From contig CBDBDQ010000005.1 of NCBI GenBank assembly GCA_965203905.1, positions 7,648,001-7,712,000 on the forward strand: a DNA stretch of 64,000 bases, given 5' to 3'. Position 1 is the stretch's first letter, and each line of letters opens with the position of its first letter. A program made the translations under genes and the position numbers. This stretch comes from Spirochaetia bacterium. GTDB lineage: Bacteria; Spirochaetota; Spirochaetia; SZUA-6; Bin103. The notes beneath the pieces were generated by a model, which saw only the letters and a list, made by a program, of their open reading frames with translations, was not told the origin of the DNA and did not search any database. Shown here piece by piece: positions 41,553-51,317 of the stretch.

Positions 41553-41584
41553 TCCGGGGTGAGCTTGCTCCGGGGTGAGCTTGC
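41553..41584 (+). repeat. 16-bp perfect tandem duplication
   Basis: TCCGGGGTGAGCTTGC x2. Confidence 0.85.
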
Positions 41585-41586
41585 AC

Positions 41587-41629
41587 GAGGAAGGGGGCTG
41601 GGAGGCGCGGTTCTCCAGCTCCCTTTCTC
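41587..41629 (+). terminator. Intercistronic stem-loop between SBP and dppB
   Basis: GAGGAAGGGGGCTGGGAG...TTCTCCAGCTCCCTTTCTC. Confidence 0.5.
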
Positions 41630-41651
41630 ATTGAACGACGAGGCGTGTGAC

Positions 41652-42611
41652 ATGAAAGCGTACATCATCAGGCGTCTGTTGCTGATGATCCCCACCCTGC
41701 TCATATTGACCGTGCTGGTCTTTCTCGCGGTTCGGTTCATCCCGGGCGACATCATCGACCTTATGATCGGGCAGATGCAATATCAGTATGACGAGACGTT
41801 CGACCGGGAGGCGCTGGAGCGTATGCTGGGCTTGGACCTGCCGGTCTACGTGCAGTATGGGCGCTGGCTCGGCGATATCCTCCTGCGCGGCACGCTTGGC
41901 GCCTCATTGGTTGGCGTTATTCCGATAGAAGAGCGGATACTGGCCCGATTGCCGGTAACCATCGAGCTGGGTGTCATGGCAATCGTGATCGGGCTCGTGA
42001 TAGCCCTGCCAGTCGGCATCTATTCGGCGATACGCCAGGATACGGCTGCCGACTACACGGGGCGCGCCGCGGCCATCATCGGCCTGGCCACGCCCAACTT
42101 CTGGCTGGCTCTCATGGTCATGATCTATCCTTCGATCTGGTGGGGCTGGGTGCCACCGATGCGGTGGGTTCCGTTCGCCGAAGACCCGCTCGGGAATCTT
42201 ACGCTGTTCTTCATTCCCAGCCTGATCCTGGGGACGGCGGGTGCGGCCGGCACCATGCGGCTGATGCGCACCACGATGCTGGAGGTGCTCAGGCAGGACT
42301 ATGTCAGAACGGCGTGGGCCAAGGGTCTGAAAGAGCGGGCGATCATCGTGAGGCACGCCCTCAAGAATGCGCTCATACCGGTGGTTACCCTGATCGGCCT
42401 GCAGCTGCCGCTCCTGGTGGGTGGATCGGTCATCATCGAGAACATATTCAACCTGCCGGGGTTGGGCCGTCTGTTCCTGAATTCGCTCAATAGCAGAGAC
42501 TACCCGGTGGTCTCCGGACTGAACCTGGTGTTCGGCGTCGCGGTGTTGGGGAGCAATCTGATGGTCGACCTGATCTATCCCTATCTTGACCCCCGAGTCC
42601 GGTATCAATAG
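41652..42611 (+). CDS. Peptide/nickel ABC permease (DppB-type)
   Basis: MKAYIIRRLL, DYVRTAWAKGL, LDPRVRY. Confidence 0.92.
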   Translation: MKAYIIRRLLLMIPTLLILTVLVFLAVRFIPGDIIDLMIGQMQYQYDETFDREALERMLGLDLPVYVQYGRWLGDILLRGTLGASLVGVIPIEERILARLPVTIELGVMAIVIGLVIALPVGIYSAIRQDTAADYTGRAAAIIGLATPNFWLALMVMIYPSIWWGWVPPMRWVPFAEDPLGNLTLFFIPSLILGTAGAAGTMRLMRTTMLEVLRQDYVRTAWAKGLKERAIIVRHALKNALIPVVTLIGLQLPLLVGGSVIIENIFNLPGLGRLFLNSLNSRDYPVVSGLNLVFGVAVLGSNLMVDLIYPYLDPRVRYQ

Positions 42612-42613
42612 AA

Positions 42614-43516
42614 ATGCGTATGGCTCGAGGGGAATCATCAACCAACGGTGAGCGCAGGGGGTCGCTGCGGTGGGGAGATTTCTTCGTCAGGCTGGTCAAG
42701 CGGAAGCCGTTAGGCACCATCAGCGCGGTGATCGTATTGATACTGATTCTGGTCGCCATCTTTGCCGACGTGTTGGCGCCCTATCCCTACGACGAAATAC
42801 ACCTGATCGACAGGCTTCAGGGCCCATCGGCGCAGTATCTCCTGGGCACCGACCAGGCGGGGCGAGACCTCTTGAGTCGCCTTATCTTCGGGGCGCGCGT
42901 TTCGATGCTCGTCGGTTTGGCAACGACCACGCTCAGTGTTGTGATCAGCACCGTGGTCGGCGGCACCGCCGGATTCCTGGGGGGTAGATTCGATATTCTG
43001 TTGCAGAGATTTGTCGATGCCTGGATGGCGTTCCCGGGGCTGCTCCTGTTGCTGACGATGATGTCCATCGTGGGGCGGGGTGTGCCCCAGATAATACTGG
43101 TCCTGGGGATCGCCGGAGGCATCGGCGGCAGTCGCGTAATCAGGGGCGCCGTGATCGGCATCAAGGAGAACGTGTATTTTCAGGCGGCCGACGCGGTTGG
43201 CGCCTCGAGAGTGAGAACATTCATGCGCCACGTGGTGCCGAATGTCATACCTATCGTGATCATAACATTCAGCGTGAGCATCGGCGGCGTAATCCTGGCG
43301 CTGGCTTCCCTGGGCTTCCTCGGGTTCGGTCTGCCTCCCGGGATTCCTGATTGGGGAGGTCTGCTCAGCCGGGAGGGACGCGAGTACATGGAGATGGCGC
43401 CGCGGCTGGCGTTCTGGCCCGGTCTGTGCCTGACTATCACCGTCTTCAGCCTCAACATGTTCGGCGACGCCGTGCGAGACCTGCTCGACCCGCGGCTGCG
43501 AGGCGCGGGAAACTAG
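42614..43516 (+). CDS. Peptide/nickel ABC permease (DppC-type)
   Basis: LGTDQAGRD, GDAVRDLLDPR. Confidence 0.92.
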   Translation: MRMARGESSTNGERRGSLRWGDFFVRLVKRKPLGTISAVIVLILILVAIFADVLAPYPYDEIHLIDRLQGPSAQYLLGTDQAGRDLLSRLIFGARVSMLVGLATTTLSVVISTVVGGTAGFLGGRFDILLQRFVDAWMAFPGLLLLLTMMSIVGRGVPQIILVLGIAGGIGGSRVIRGAVIGIKENVYFQAADAVGASRVRTFMRHVVPNVIPIVIITFSVSIGGVILALASLGFLGFGLPPGIPDWGGLLSREGREYMEMAPRLAFWPGLCLTITVFSLNMFGDAVRDLLDPRLRGAGN

Positions 43517-43534
43517 GCAATCGCCGTGTTGAAG

Positions 43535-44440
43535 TTAGCGGTTGGAGGTGGAGGGCTGGAAGCCGGCGGCGCGTTCGTCGCGGGTGGTAGGGGCGAGCTC
43601 GGTGGCGGGATCGCCGGCAATGCGCGTGGCCTGCAACACGCGCGGCTCGGAGCGGTCGTAGGGCCGCGCCCGGTGCAGCACGCAGCGGTTGTCCCACACC
43701 AGCAGGTCGCCCGGCTGCCAGCGGTGGGTGTACACGCGCGGCGGCCGGCACGCGCGCCGCAGCAGGCCGTCGATCAGCGCCTGGGCGTGGGCATCGTCCA
43801 TGCCGGGAATGCGATAGATGTGGCGTGCGATCTGCAGCGCCCTGCGCCCGGTCACGGGATGGGTCTTGACCAGCGGGCGGATCGGCGCGCCCTTGTCGTG
43901 GTAGCCGTAACCGGTACCGGTATCGAACACGTAGCCGATCTTGGCCTGTGAAGCGTACAGGGAGTGATACGCCGACAGGCCGGCGATCCGGTCCCTGGTA
44001 TCGGCATCCAGGTCGTCGTAGGCGGCGCGCATGTCGGCGAACTCGGTCTCGCCGCCGCTGGACGGCACCTCGACGGCGGACAGTAGCCCCGCCTTGGCAG
44101 AGATCGGCATGTAGGTGCTGTCCATGTGCCAGCCCTCGTTGCCACGCAGCGTCTTGAAGCGGAAGTCGTCCGGCTGCACCAGGCTACCGTCCAGGTTCTT
44201 GTTGCTGAACAGCGGCGCCTCGATGCCGTCCTCGCGCAGCATCTCGATCGCGCCGAAACGCTTGCCGAACGCAACCTGCGCGCCGGCGCGGAGGTGCTGC
44301 GCCGGAAACACCAGCACCGCGTACTCCAGGAACGCCTCTTCGACCGCCCGCCACGTCTGTCCGTCGAGCAGGTTCAGGTCGATGCCCGTAATTACGGCGC
44401 CGAGCGTCGCGCCCTTGATCGGTTCGATGTTCGGATTCAT
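43535..44440 (-). CDS. TauD/TfdA family 2OG-dependent dioxygenase
   Basis: WHMDST, GGETEFADMRAAYD, WDNRCVLHRA. Confidence 0.9.
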   Translation of the reverse strand: MNPNIEPIKGATLGAVITGIDLNLLDGQTWRAVEEAFLEYAVLVFPAQHLRAGAQVAFGKRFGAIEMLREDGIEAPLFSNKNLDGSLVQPDDFRFKTLRGNEGWHMDSTYMPISAKAGLLSAVEVPSSGGETEFADMRAAYDDLDADTRDRIAGLSAYHSLYASQAKIGYVFDTGTGYGYHDKGAPIRPLVKTHPVTGRRALQIARHIYRIPGMDDAHAQALIDGLLRRACRPPRVYTHRWQPGDLLVWDNRCVLHRARPYDRSEPRVLQATRIAGDPATELAPTTRDERAAGFQPSTSNR

Positions 44441-44484
44441 CGGATCCCCTTCCTGGTCATCGTCATCCACGGGGACACCGCCGG

Positions 44485-46131
44485 TCAAGCATGCCGTTGC
44501 TCGTAGCGGCGCTCGATCCAGCGCAGGAGGCTGGAACAGGCGAGCGTGATCACCACGTACAGCACCGCCGCCGTGTTGAACGGGGCGAACGGCAGGAAGC
44601 TGGCGGACTGGAACTCGCGCATTCGCTGGGTGACGTCGCGCACCGACAGGATCGACAGCAGCGAGGTGTCCTTGATCATGGCGATGAACTCGTTGCCGAG
44701 CGGCGGCAGCACGATGCGCAGCGCCTGCGGCAGGATGATCAGGCGCGCCGCCTGCCAGCGCGACAGGCCCAGGGTGTGGGCCGCCTCCACCTGCCCCTTC
44801 GGGACCGCCTCGATCCCGGATCGGAAGATCTCCGCCATGTAGGCGGAATAGCCGATGGCGATGGCGATCACCCCGCGCGTGAAGTTGGCCAGATCGATGC
44901 CGCCGCCGGTGGCGTCCTTGACGGCGCCGGCCAGCGGCAGGCCGATGTACAGGATGATCACCAGCATCGGGATGCCGCGAATCGTGTCCACGAAGAACTC
45001 GGCCCCCACGGCCAGTGGGTGCAGCCCGTGCAGGGCGCCGCCGAAGGTCAGGATCAGCAGCAACAGGCCGATCACCGAGAACGCCATCGCCGCATTGCGG
45101 TCGCGCTCCGGCAGGAACCGGGTCTGCCAGATCACCGGGTAGCGGCCGTCGTTCGCGGCGACCGGTACGAACGCCCCCGACACGCTGTCGACCGTGGCGA
45201 TCTGCTCCAGCGCGGTCGCCACGTCCGGCGAGCTGCGGATGCGCAGCGAGGCACCCTCGGCGCCGTCGTATTCGCCGAACCGGATCACGTCGGCGACCGC
45301 CTGCGGCGTGCCCTTGACGATGGCGATCCGGGCCTCCGTGGAACCGACCATCACGTACTCGACCCGCGGCTGCGCCCAGAAGAAGCCCGCAGCCGCCAGT
45401 AGCAGCAAACTGATCGCGCCGTACACGGGAATCGTGTGCCGGGCACTGCTCAAGCGCTGCAGCCCGGTCCAGGTCAGGCCGAGCACCGCCGCCAGCAGGT
45501 AGGCGAACACCGCGGCCCGGAAGGTCACCGCGATCCCGGTCGCGAATCCCCAGTGGCTGACGAACACCAGGTGAAACAGGGCGAGGCCGGACACCGCCTC
45601 GAATCCCCGCACGCAGTAACGGCGCAGCGCGCCCGTCCCCCAGCCGGCGGCCAGCGTGAAGGCCAGGAACAGGAGCGCGTAGACGACCACCCCGATCCGG
45701 AACCGCTGCGCCACCAGCGGCAGCACCTCCGCCTTCAGCGTCCAGGGCCGCGCGGAGCGGTCGACCAATTCGGAGGCGGCTGGGTCGAGCGAGTGGAACA
45801 GCACCGACTGCACGAACGGGCCGGTGAGCGCCGGCAGCGCCAGGATCAGCACGATGACCAGCGCGTGGATCGGCAGCGCCAGGCGCGCGGCGGTGGCCAG
45901 CCAGGGCGGCGCCGCGCCGTCCATCGCCGCCCGCCGCGCGGCCAGGAAGCCCGATGCGAGCAGCGCAAGCAGGAGCAGGAAGCCGGCCAGCAGCGCGGGC
46001 GCCCCCGGCTCGATGCCGATGATCGCCTTCAGCGAGCGCAGGTACTTGCTCGACGACGCGAACAGGAACACCAGGATCGGGGCCGCCGCCAGCAGCACCA
46101 GGTTGCTCGGCCGGATTCGCTTCAGGATCAC
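44485..46131 (-). CDS. Polar amino acid ABC permease with extra N-terminal TM segments and an inserted soluble domain
   Basis: RGIPMLV, AYMAEIFRSGI, ILPQA, IKDTSL. Confidence 0.88.
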   Translation of the reverse strand: MILKRIRPSNLVLLAAAPILVFLFASSSKYLRSLKAIIGIEPGAPALLAGFLLLLALLASGFLAARRAAMDGAAPPWLATAARLALPIHALVIVLILALPALTGPFVQSVLFHSLDPAASELVDRSARPWTLKAEVLPLVAQRFRIGVVVYALLFLAFTLAAGWGTGALRRYCVRGFEAVSGLALFHLVFVSHWGFATGIAVTFRAAVFAYLLAAVLGLTWTGLQRLSSARHTIPVYGAISLLLLAAAGFFWAQPRVEYVMVGSTEARIAIVKGTPQAVADVIRFGEYDGAEGASLRIRSSPDVATALEQIATVDSVSGAFVPVAANDGRYPVIWQTRFLPERDRNAAMAFSVIGLLLLILTFGGALHGLHPLAVGAEFFVDTIRGIPMLVIILYIGLPLAGAVKDATGGGIDLANFTRGVIAIAIGYSAYMAEIFRSGIEAVPKGQVEAAHTLGLSRWQAARLIILPQALRIVLPPLGNEFIAMIKDTSLLSILSVRDVTQRMREFQSASFLPFAPFNTAAVLYVVITLACSSLLRWIERRYEQRHA

Positions 46132-46207
46132 TTACTGTCCCCGCGCGCCGGCCCGCGACCGCCCCGCCACCGCCGGAGCCGGCACGCCGAAAAGGAGGAA
46201 CCGCCGG

Positions 46208-46954
46208 TCAGTCGCTCCAGTACTTGGCGATCAGCTCGTCAAGGGTGCCGTCTTCCTTGATCGCGGCCAACCCCTCGTTGAACGCGTCGACCATCGGATC
46301 GCCCTCCTGGAACACGATGCCGAGCGGGTCGGCCTGCAGGCCGGTGACCCCCATGGTGAGCTCGCCGGCGAATTCCTGCTCGTAGGCGGCCCCCGAGGTG
46401 CCGTCGATCACCACGCCGTCCACATCGCCGTTCTGCAACGCCAGGATCGCCCCGGCGAACGCGTCATACAGGCTCACGTTGTCGCGCCCGACCAGCTCCT
46501 CCGCCAACTGGGCGTTGGTGGTGGCGGTCTGCGCGGCCAGCTTGCGCCCGCCGCCCGTGAAGTCTTCGGCGGTCAGTTCGGCATCCTCCACCCGCACCAG
46601 GATCGCCTGGCTCACCACCAGGTAGGGGTCGGAAAAATCCATCGACTCGTCGCGCTCTGCGGTAATCGAAACGCCCGAAACGACCAGGTCGAACTCGCCC
46701 TGCTGCAGGGCGGCGAAGATGCCGTCCCAGGCGGTGTTCACGAACTGCAGCACGCAGTTGATGCGTTCGCACACCGCGGTCAGCATGTCGATGTCGAAAC
46801 CGACGATCTCGCCGGTAGCCTCGTCGACGGTCTCCATCGGCGGATAGGTGGCGTCCGTCCCCACCTTGAGCACCTTTCCTTCCAGGTCGGCGGCGTACCC
46901 TCCCACCGCCAGCACCACGAGCAAGCCCGCCGCGGCCACAAGTGTTCTGAACAT
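46208..46954 (-). CDS. Polar amino acid ABC substrate-binding protein (SBP family 3)
   Basis: GTDATYPPME, GFDID, SITAER, FSDPY. Confidence 0.92.
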   Translation of the reverse strand: MFRTLVAAAGLLVVLAVGGYAADLEGKVLKVGTDATYPPMETVDEATGEIVGFDIDMLTAVCERINCVLQFVNTAWDGIFAALQQGEFDLVVSGVSITAERDESMDFSDPYLVVSQAILVRVEDAELTAEDFTGGGRKLAAQTATTNAQLAEELVGRDNVSLYDAFAGAILALQNGDVDGVVIDGTSGAAYEQEFAGELTMGVTGLQADPLGIVFQEGDPMVDAFNEGLAAIKEDGTLDELIAKYWSD

Positions 46955-47202
46955 CACTGAAACCTCCCTGCCACCGGCGTCCTTGCCCGGCAGCCATTGC
47001 ATACTGGACCCTCGCGATGCGCCTGACAAGCGAGCCGCTCCGGCCGGTACGGTTGGCTCAGCGGCCCAGGACTCGTTGACAAATACTTGCTATTCCATTC
47101 CTAGTTCCGGGAGCTTGCCGAGGGGCTCGCCGCACCGCGGTTCGGCGAGCGCTTTGCTGAGGAGAAGTCGATGAACCATGACATCAAGGCAGGAGCGGCG
47201 CC

Positions 47203-48657
47203 GTGACCGACTCCGGCGACGAAGTGCGCCATGACCTGACGATGGCGCCCGAGTTGATGCTCGACCTGGCACGCAGAACGGCGGAGTTGCTGGTGGAGCG
47301 CATCGAGGGACTGCCCGGCGAGCCTGCCTGGGACGGAGAGTTCAAGGATGCGCTCGACCACCAGTTGATGGCCGGCCCCCCGGAGCAGGGCCGGCCGCCG
47401 ATCGAGGTGATCGAGCAGGCGGCACGTGAGATTCTTCCGTTCGCAACCCGGTTGGACCACCCGCGATGCTTCGGGTTCGTTCCGTCGGCGCCGACTTGGC
47501 CCGGGGTGCTGGCCGACTTCATGGCCTCCGCGTTCAACATCAATGCATGCACGTGGCTGGTCGCGAGTGCGCCGAGCCAGGTCGAGCTGGTGGTGATCGA
47601 CTGGTTTCGCCGCTGGCTCGGCTATCCGGAAAACGCGGGCGGCCTGTTGACCAGCGGCGGCTCGGCGGCCAGCGTCGACGCCTTCGTGGCCGCCCGCGAA
47701 GCGGCCGGCCACCCGGAGCGCGCCACCGTATACATGAGCGACCAGAGCCACAGCGCGCACGTCCGCGCGGCCAGGATCATCGGCATCCGACCGGACCACA
47801 TCCGCCTGCTGCCGAGCGATGAGCAGTTCCGCCTGGACCCGGGCCGGCTGGCGCGCGCCATGGCCGACGACCGCGCCGCGGGCTTCAATCCGATTGCGAT
47901 ATGCGCCAATGCCGGGACCGCCAGCACGGGAGCCATCGATCCGTTGCCGGCGCTGGCGGACTTCTGCGAGGCGGAACGGATCTGGCTGCACGTCGACGCC
48001 TCCTACGGCGGTTTCGCGGCGGTGACCGAGCGGGGCAGGCGGCTCCTCCGCGGGATCGAGAGCGCCGACTCCGTCGGGCTGGACCCGCACAAGTGGTTGT
48101 TTCAGCCGTACGAGGTGGGCGCGTTGCTGGTGAAGGATGTCCGCACGCTCGAGCACGCGTTCGAGGTGCGGCACGACATTCTCCAGGACACGGTATGGGG
48201 CGCGAACCACCCGAACCTCTCCGATCGCAACCTGCAACTGAGCCGCTCGTTTCGCGCCCTGAAGGTGTGGATGTCGATCCAGACCTTCGGCATGGCCGCG
48301 TTCCGGCGGGCCGTGTCCAAGGGGATGGAACTGGCCGCGCGCGCGGAGGAGTACGTCCGGGAGAGCCCGACTCTGGAACTCCCGACCCCGGTGTCGCTGG
48401 GGATCGTGTGCTTCCGGGTCAATCCGTCGGATGCCGACCCTGACGAGGAGGTACTGGAGCAGATCAACCGCAAGGTGCTCGCCCGCATCTTCTGGGAAGA
48501 CCGGGCATTCCTGTCATCGACGCTGGTCCACGGCACGTTCGCGCTCAGGCTCTGCATCATCAACCACACCACGACCTGGGACGACGTTCGCGAGACCCTG
48601 GAGGCCGCCGAACGGTTCGGGACGCAGGAATTTTCCCGGCAGGAGGTGCCGCGGTAG
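47203..48657 (+). CDS. Group II PLP-dependent (aromatic amino acid-type) decarboxylase
   Basis: HPRCFGFV, WLHVDASYGG, DPHKW, RALKVW. Confidence 0.9.
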   Translation: MTDSGDEVRHDLTMAPELMLDLARRTAELLVERIEGLPGEPAWDGEFKDALDHQLMAGPPEQGRPPIEVIEQAAREILPFATRLDHPRCFGFVPSAPTWPGVLADFMASAFNINACTWLVASAPSQVELVVIDWFRRWLGYPENAGGLLTSGGSAASVDAFVAAREAAGHPERATVYMSDQSHSAHVRAARIIGIRPDHIRLLPSDEQFRLDPGRLARAMADDRAAGFNPIAICANAGTASTGAIDPLPALADFCEAERIWLHVDASYGGFAAVTERGRRLLRGIESADSVGLDPHKWLFQPYEVGALLVKDVRTLEHAFEVRHDILQDTVWGANHPNLSDRNLQLSRSFRALKVWMSIQTFGMAAFRRAVSKGMELAARAEEYVRESPTLELPTPVSLGIVCFRVNPSDADPDEEVLEQINRKVLARIFWEDRAFLSSTLVHGTFALRLCIINHTTTWDDVRETLEAAERFGTQEFSRQEVPR

Positions 48658-48775
48658 CAGCCACCGCGCGCGGCCGCCGACGCGATGTCCCGAGGACCGG
48701 GCACCCACCGCCCGGATTCCGCTCGCGGTGCTGCGGCGCGGTATCCGGGCGGGAGCGATAGCAGCCTGGTCGGGG

Positions 48776-50338
48776 CTACATTCCGGCGTGCTTGGCGCGT
48801 GCCTCGGCGAGCACTTCCTCGCCGCCAGCGCGCATCCACTGCTTCACGTAGGTGTCCCAGTCGTCGCCGGTGTCGGCGTCGCCGGTGATCGCCTTCCACA
48901 TGTACTCTTCGCGAATGCGCGACATGTCGGCGCGGTACTGGTTCTGGGAGTCCAGCACCCAGCCGTGGCCGAGCGCCGGGTTGATGATGTTGTAGCCCTT
49001 CTGGCGCTCCGCCATCGCCAGGGCGTCGCTGCCGAACGAGGCGGTGAACATCCAACCGTAGCGGATGTTGGTCAGGAAGTACTTCACCCCCAGGTCGCCC
49101 TGCGCCTCCATGCTCTGCGCGGCCGGCAGGAACTGGCGCATGCCCTCCTCGTCGAACTCGAAGTGCTCGCCCTCGACGCCGGACCAGATCAGGTTGTGGT
49201 AGAACGGTTCGGCTATCTGCAGGTCGATCACGCCGAGGATCTTCTCCAGCGCGCGGTCGCTGGTGTCCTTGCCGATGACGTGGTAGGTCCACAGCGGAGC
49301 ACGCAGCTCCCAGGTCGGCTCGTAACCGGCGGCGGTCAGTTCTCCCACGTACTCCACCGTGGCGTTGGGGTCCTTCTGGAACAGGTTCGGGAACCAGGTG
49401 CCGGGCCGGTACTTGGGCAGCACGTAGGTCCAGGTGTCGCCGGCGAAGCCCACCTTGCCGTCCTGGAACAGCGACCCGACCGCGAGCTTGTCCGGCAGCG
49501 TGATGTCGGGATGGATCACGCCCGCCTCCCACAGGCCGTTCATCCAGCGCAGAAAGTCGCGCCACCCGTCGGTGACCTCGAAGAAGGTGATCTCGCCGGT
49601 GGCGGGATCGAGGTAGGGGCGCTCGATATGCTCGTAGCCGAACGCGGCCACGAAGGTGCGCAGGTTGTTGGTCCAGTTGCCGGCGGAGGTCGCCGACGTA
49701 GCCATGCCCCAGGTGTCCTTCTGGCCGTTGCCGTCGGGATCGTCGTAGGTGAACCGGCGCGCCACCTCGGCGTACTCCTCCACGGTGGTGGGGATCGAAG
49801 CGCCGAGCGCCTCCAGCCAGTCGCCGCGCACCACGATCTGGTGCTTGATCTCGGCGCCGCCGTTGGGCACCGCCCACAGCGTCTCGGTGTCCTTGTCCCA
49901 GGACGGAAAGTCGAACCAGACCCCGTCCGCTTCGCCGTTCGCGTAGTCGCGCCAATAGGTGGGCGCCTGCTCCTTGACCATGTCGAGCGGGATCGCGCGC
50001 AGCAGCCCCTCGTCCTTGTAGCGCAGCATGTTGGTCTGGCTGGCCAGCATGTGGTCGGGAATCTCGCCGGCCGCGAACAGCAGGTTCATCTCCTCGGCGC
50101 TGAAGGCGTCCGACTTGACCACGCGCAGGTCGATGTCCAACGCCTTGTTGAACTCCTCGATGATCGGGCTGTCCGGCTGCGGGTAGAGCGCTCCGCCCGG
50201 CGTCTTCAGGCGCAGCCCCACCCAGTTGATCACGACCGGGCCCTCGTCCCCGGCCGCGGTCTCCGCCTCGGACGCGGCGAACACGCCCGGCGTCGCCGCC
50301 AGGAGAACTGCGAATGTTAGTACGGTGAGTCTTCTCAC
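48776..50338 (-). CDS. Carbohydrate ABC substrate-binding protein (LplA-like)
   Basis: AAGGAGG RBS plus GTG; RGDWLEALG, PTTVEE, DPDGNGQKDT. Confidence 0.85.
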   Translation of the reverse strand: MRRLTVLTFAVLLAATPGVFAASEAETAAGDEGPVVINWVGLRLKTPGGALYPQPDSPIIEEFNKALDIDLRVVKSDAFSAEEMNLLFAAGEIPDHMLASQTNMLRYKDEGLLRAIPLDMVKEQAPTYWRDYANGEADGVWFDFPSWDKDTETLWAVPNGGAEIKHQIVVRGDWLEALGASIPTTVEEYAEVARRFTYDDPDGNGQKDTWGMATSATSAGNWTNNLRTFVAAFGYEHIERPYLDPATGEITFFEVTDGWRDFLRWMNGLWEAGVIHPDITLPDKLAVGSLFQDGKVGFAGDTWTYVLPKYRPGTWFPNLFQKDPNATVEYVGELTAAGYEPTWELRAPLWTYHVIGKDTSDRALEKILGVIDLQIAEPFYHNLIWSGVEGEHFEFDEEGMRQFLPAAQSMEAQGDLGVKYFLTNIRYGWMFTASFGSDALAMAERQKGYNIINPALGHGWVLDSQNQYRADMSRIREEYMWKAITGDADTGDDWDTYVKQWMRAGGEEVLAEARAKHAGM

Positions 50339-50411
50339 GTCGTACCTCCTTGTATGGATGATGGATATGCGGTCGGTCGCGCCGCCGCTGCCCCGCAACG
50401 CGGGGCCCTCG

Positions 50412-51308
50412 CTATCCCTTCAATGACCCGATCATGATACCGCGCACGAAGTAGCGTTGCACGAACGGGTAGGCGAGCAGGATCGGGCCGATCGAGATCA
50501 GCACCGTGGCCGCCTTGATCGACTCCGGCACCACCGACTCCGCGCCCGCCACCGAGTCGTTGTTCTCGCCCAGGAACGCGGTGTCGTCCTGCTCGATGAT
50601 CACCCGCCGCAGCACCAGTTGCAGCACGGTCTTGGTCTCGTCGCGGATGAAGATGAGCGCGTCGAACCAGGAGTTCCAGTGCTGCACCGCCACCCACAGG
50701 CCGATGGTGGCCATGATCGGCACCGACAGCGGAATGATGATCTGCACCAGGATGCGGAAGAAGGAGGCGCCGTCGATCATGGCCGACTCCTCCAGCGAAT
50801 CGGGGATGGTCATGATGAAGTTGCGCATGATCAGCAGGTTGTAGGTGCCGAGCAGGATCGGGAAGATCAGCGCCGCGCGCGTGTCCAGCATGCCCAGGCT
50901 GCGCACCAGCAGGTAGCGCGGAATCAGCCCGCCCGAGAAGAACATCGGGATCAGGAAGAAGATGGTGAGGTAGTTGCGCAGCGGCAGCTTGCGCTTGGCC
51001 AGCGGGTAGGCGGTGCAGAACGAGAAGAACACCGCCAGCACGGTCCCGACCACGGTGCGGAACACCGTGTTGACGTAGCCGTAGTAGATCAGCCGCGACG
51101 AGAACGCGACCCGGTACGCCTCCAGGGTCACCTCCTCCGGCCACAGCTTGATGCCCCAGCTCGACGCCAGCAGCCCCGGCAGCAGCGACACCACCGCGGT
51201 CTCCCAGAACGGGTAGATCATCAACAGCGAGAACACGATCAGGAACAGGTAGTTGGCGAAGTCGAACAGCCGGTCGGGAGAATAGCGCCCGCGCGCGCCC
51301 ACTACCAC
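50412..51308 (-). CDS. Carbohydrate ABC permease (LplC-like)
   Basis: FSGGLIP, LEESAMIDGA, YPFVQRYFVRG. Confidence 0.92.
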   Translation of the reverse strand: MVVGARGRYSPDRLFDFANYLFLIVFSLLMIYPFWETAVVSLLPGLLASSWGIKLWPEEVTLEAYRVAFSSRLIYYGYVNTVFRTVVGTVLAVFFSFCTAYPLAKRKLPLRNYLTIFFLIPMFFSGGLIPRYLLVRSLGMLDTRAALIFPILLGTYNLLIMRNFIMTIPDSLEESAMIDGASFFRILVQIIIPLSVPIMATIGLWVAVQHWNSWFDALIFIRDETKTVLQLVLRRVIIEQDDTAFLGENNDSVAGAESVVPESIKAATVLISIGPILLAYPFVQRYFVRGIMIGSLKG

Positions 51309-51317
51309 GCCGCGCCC

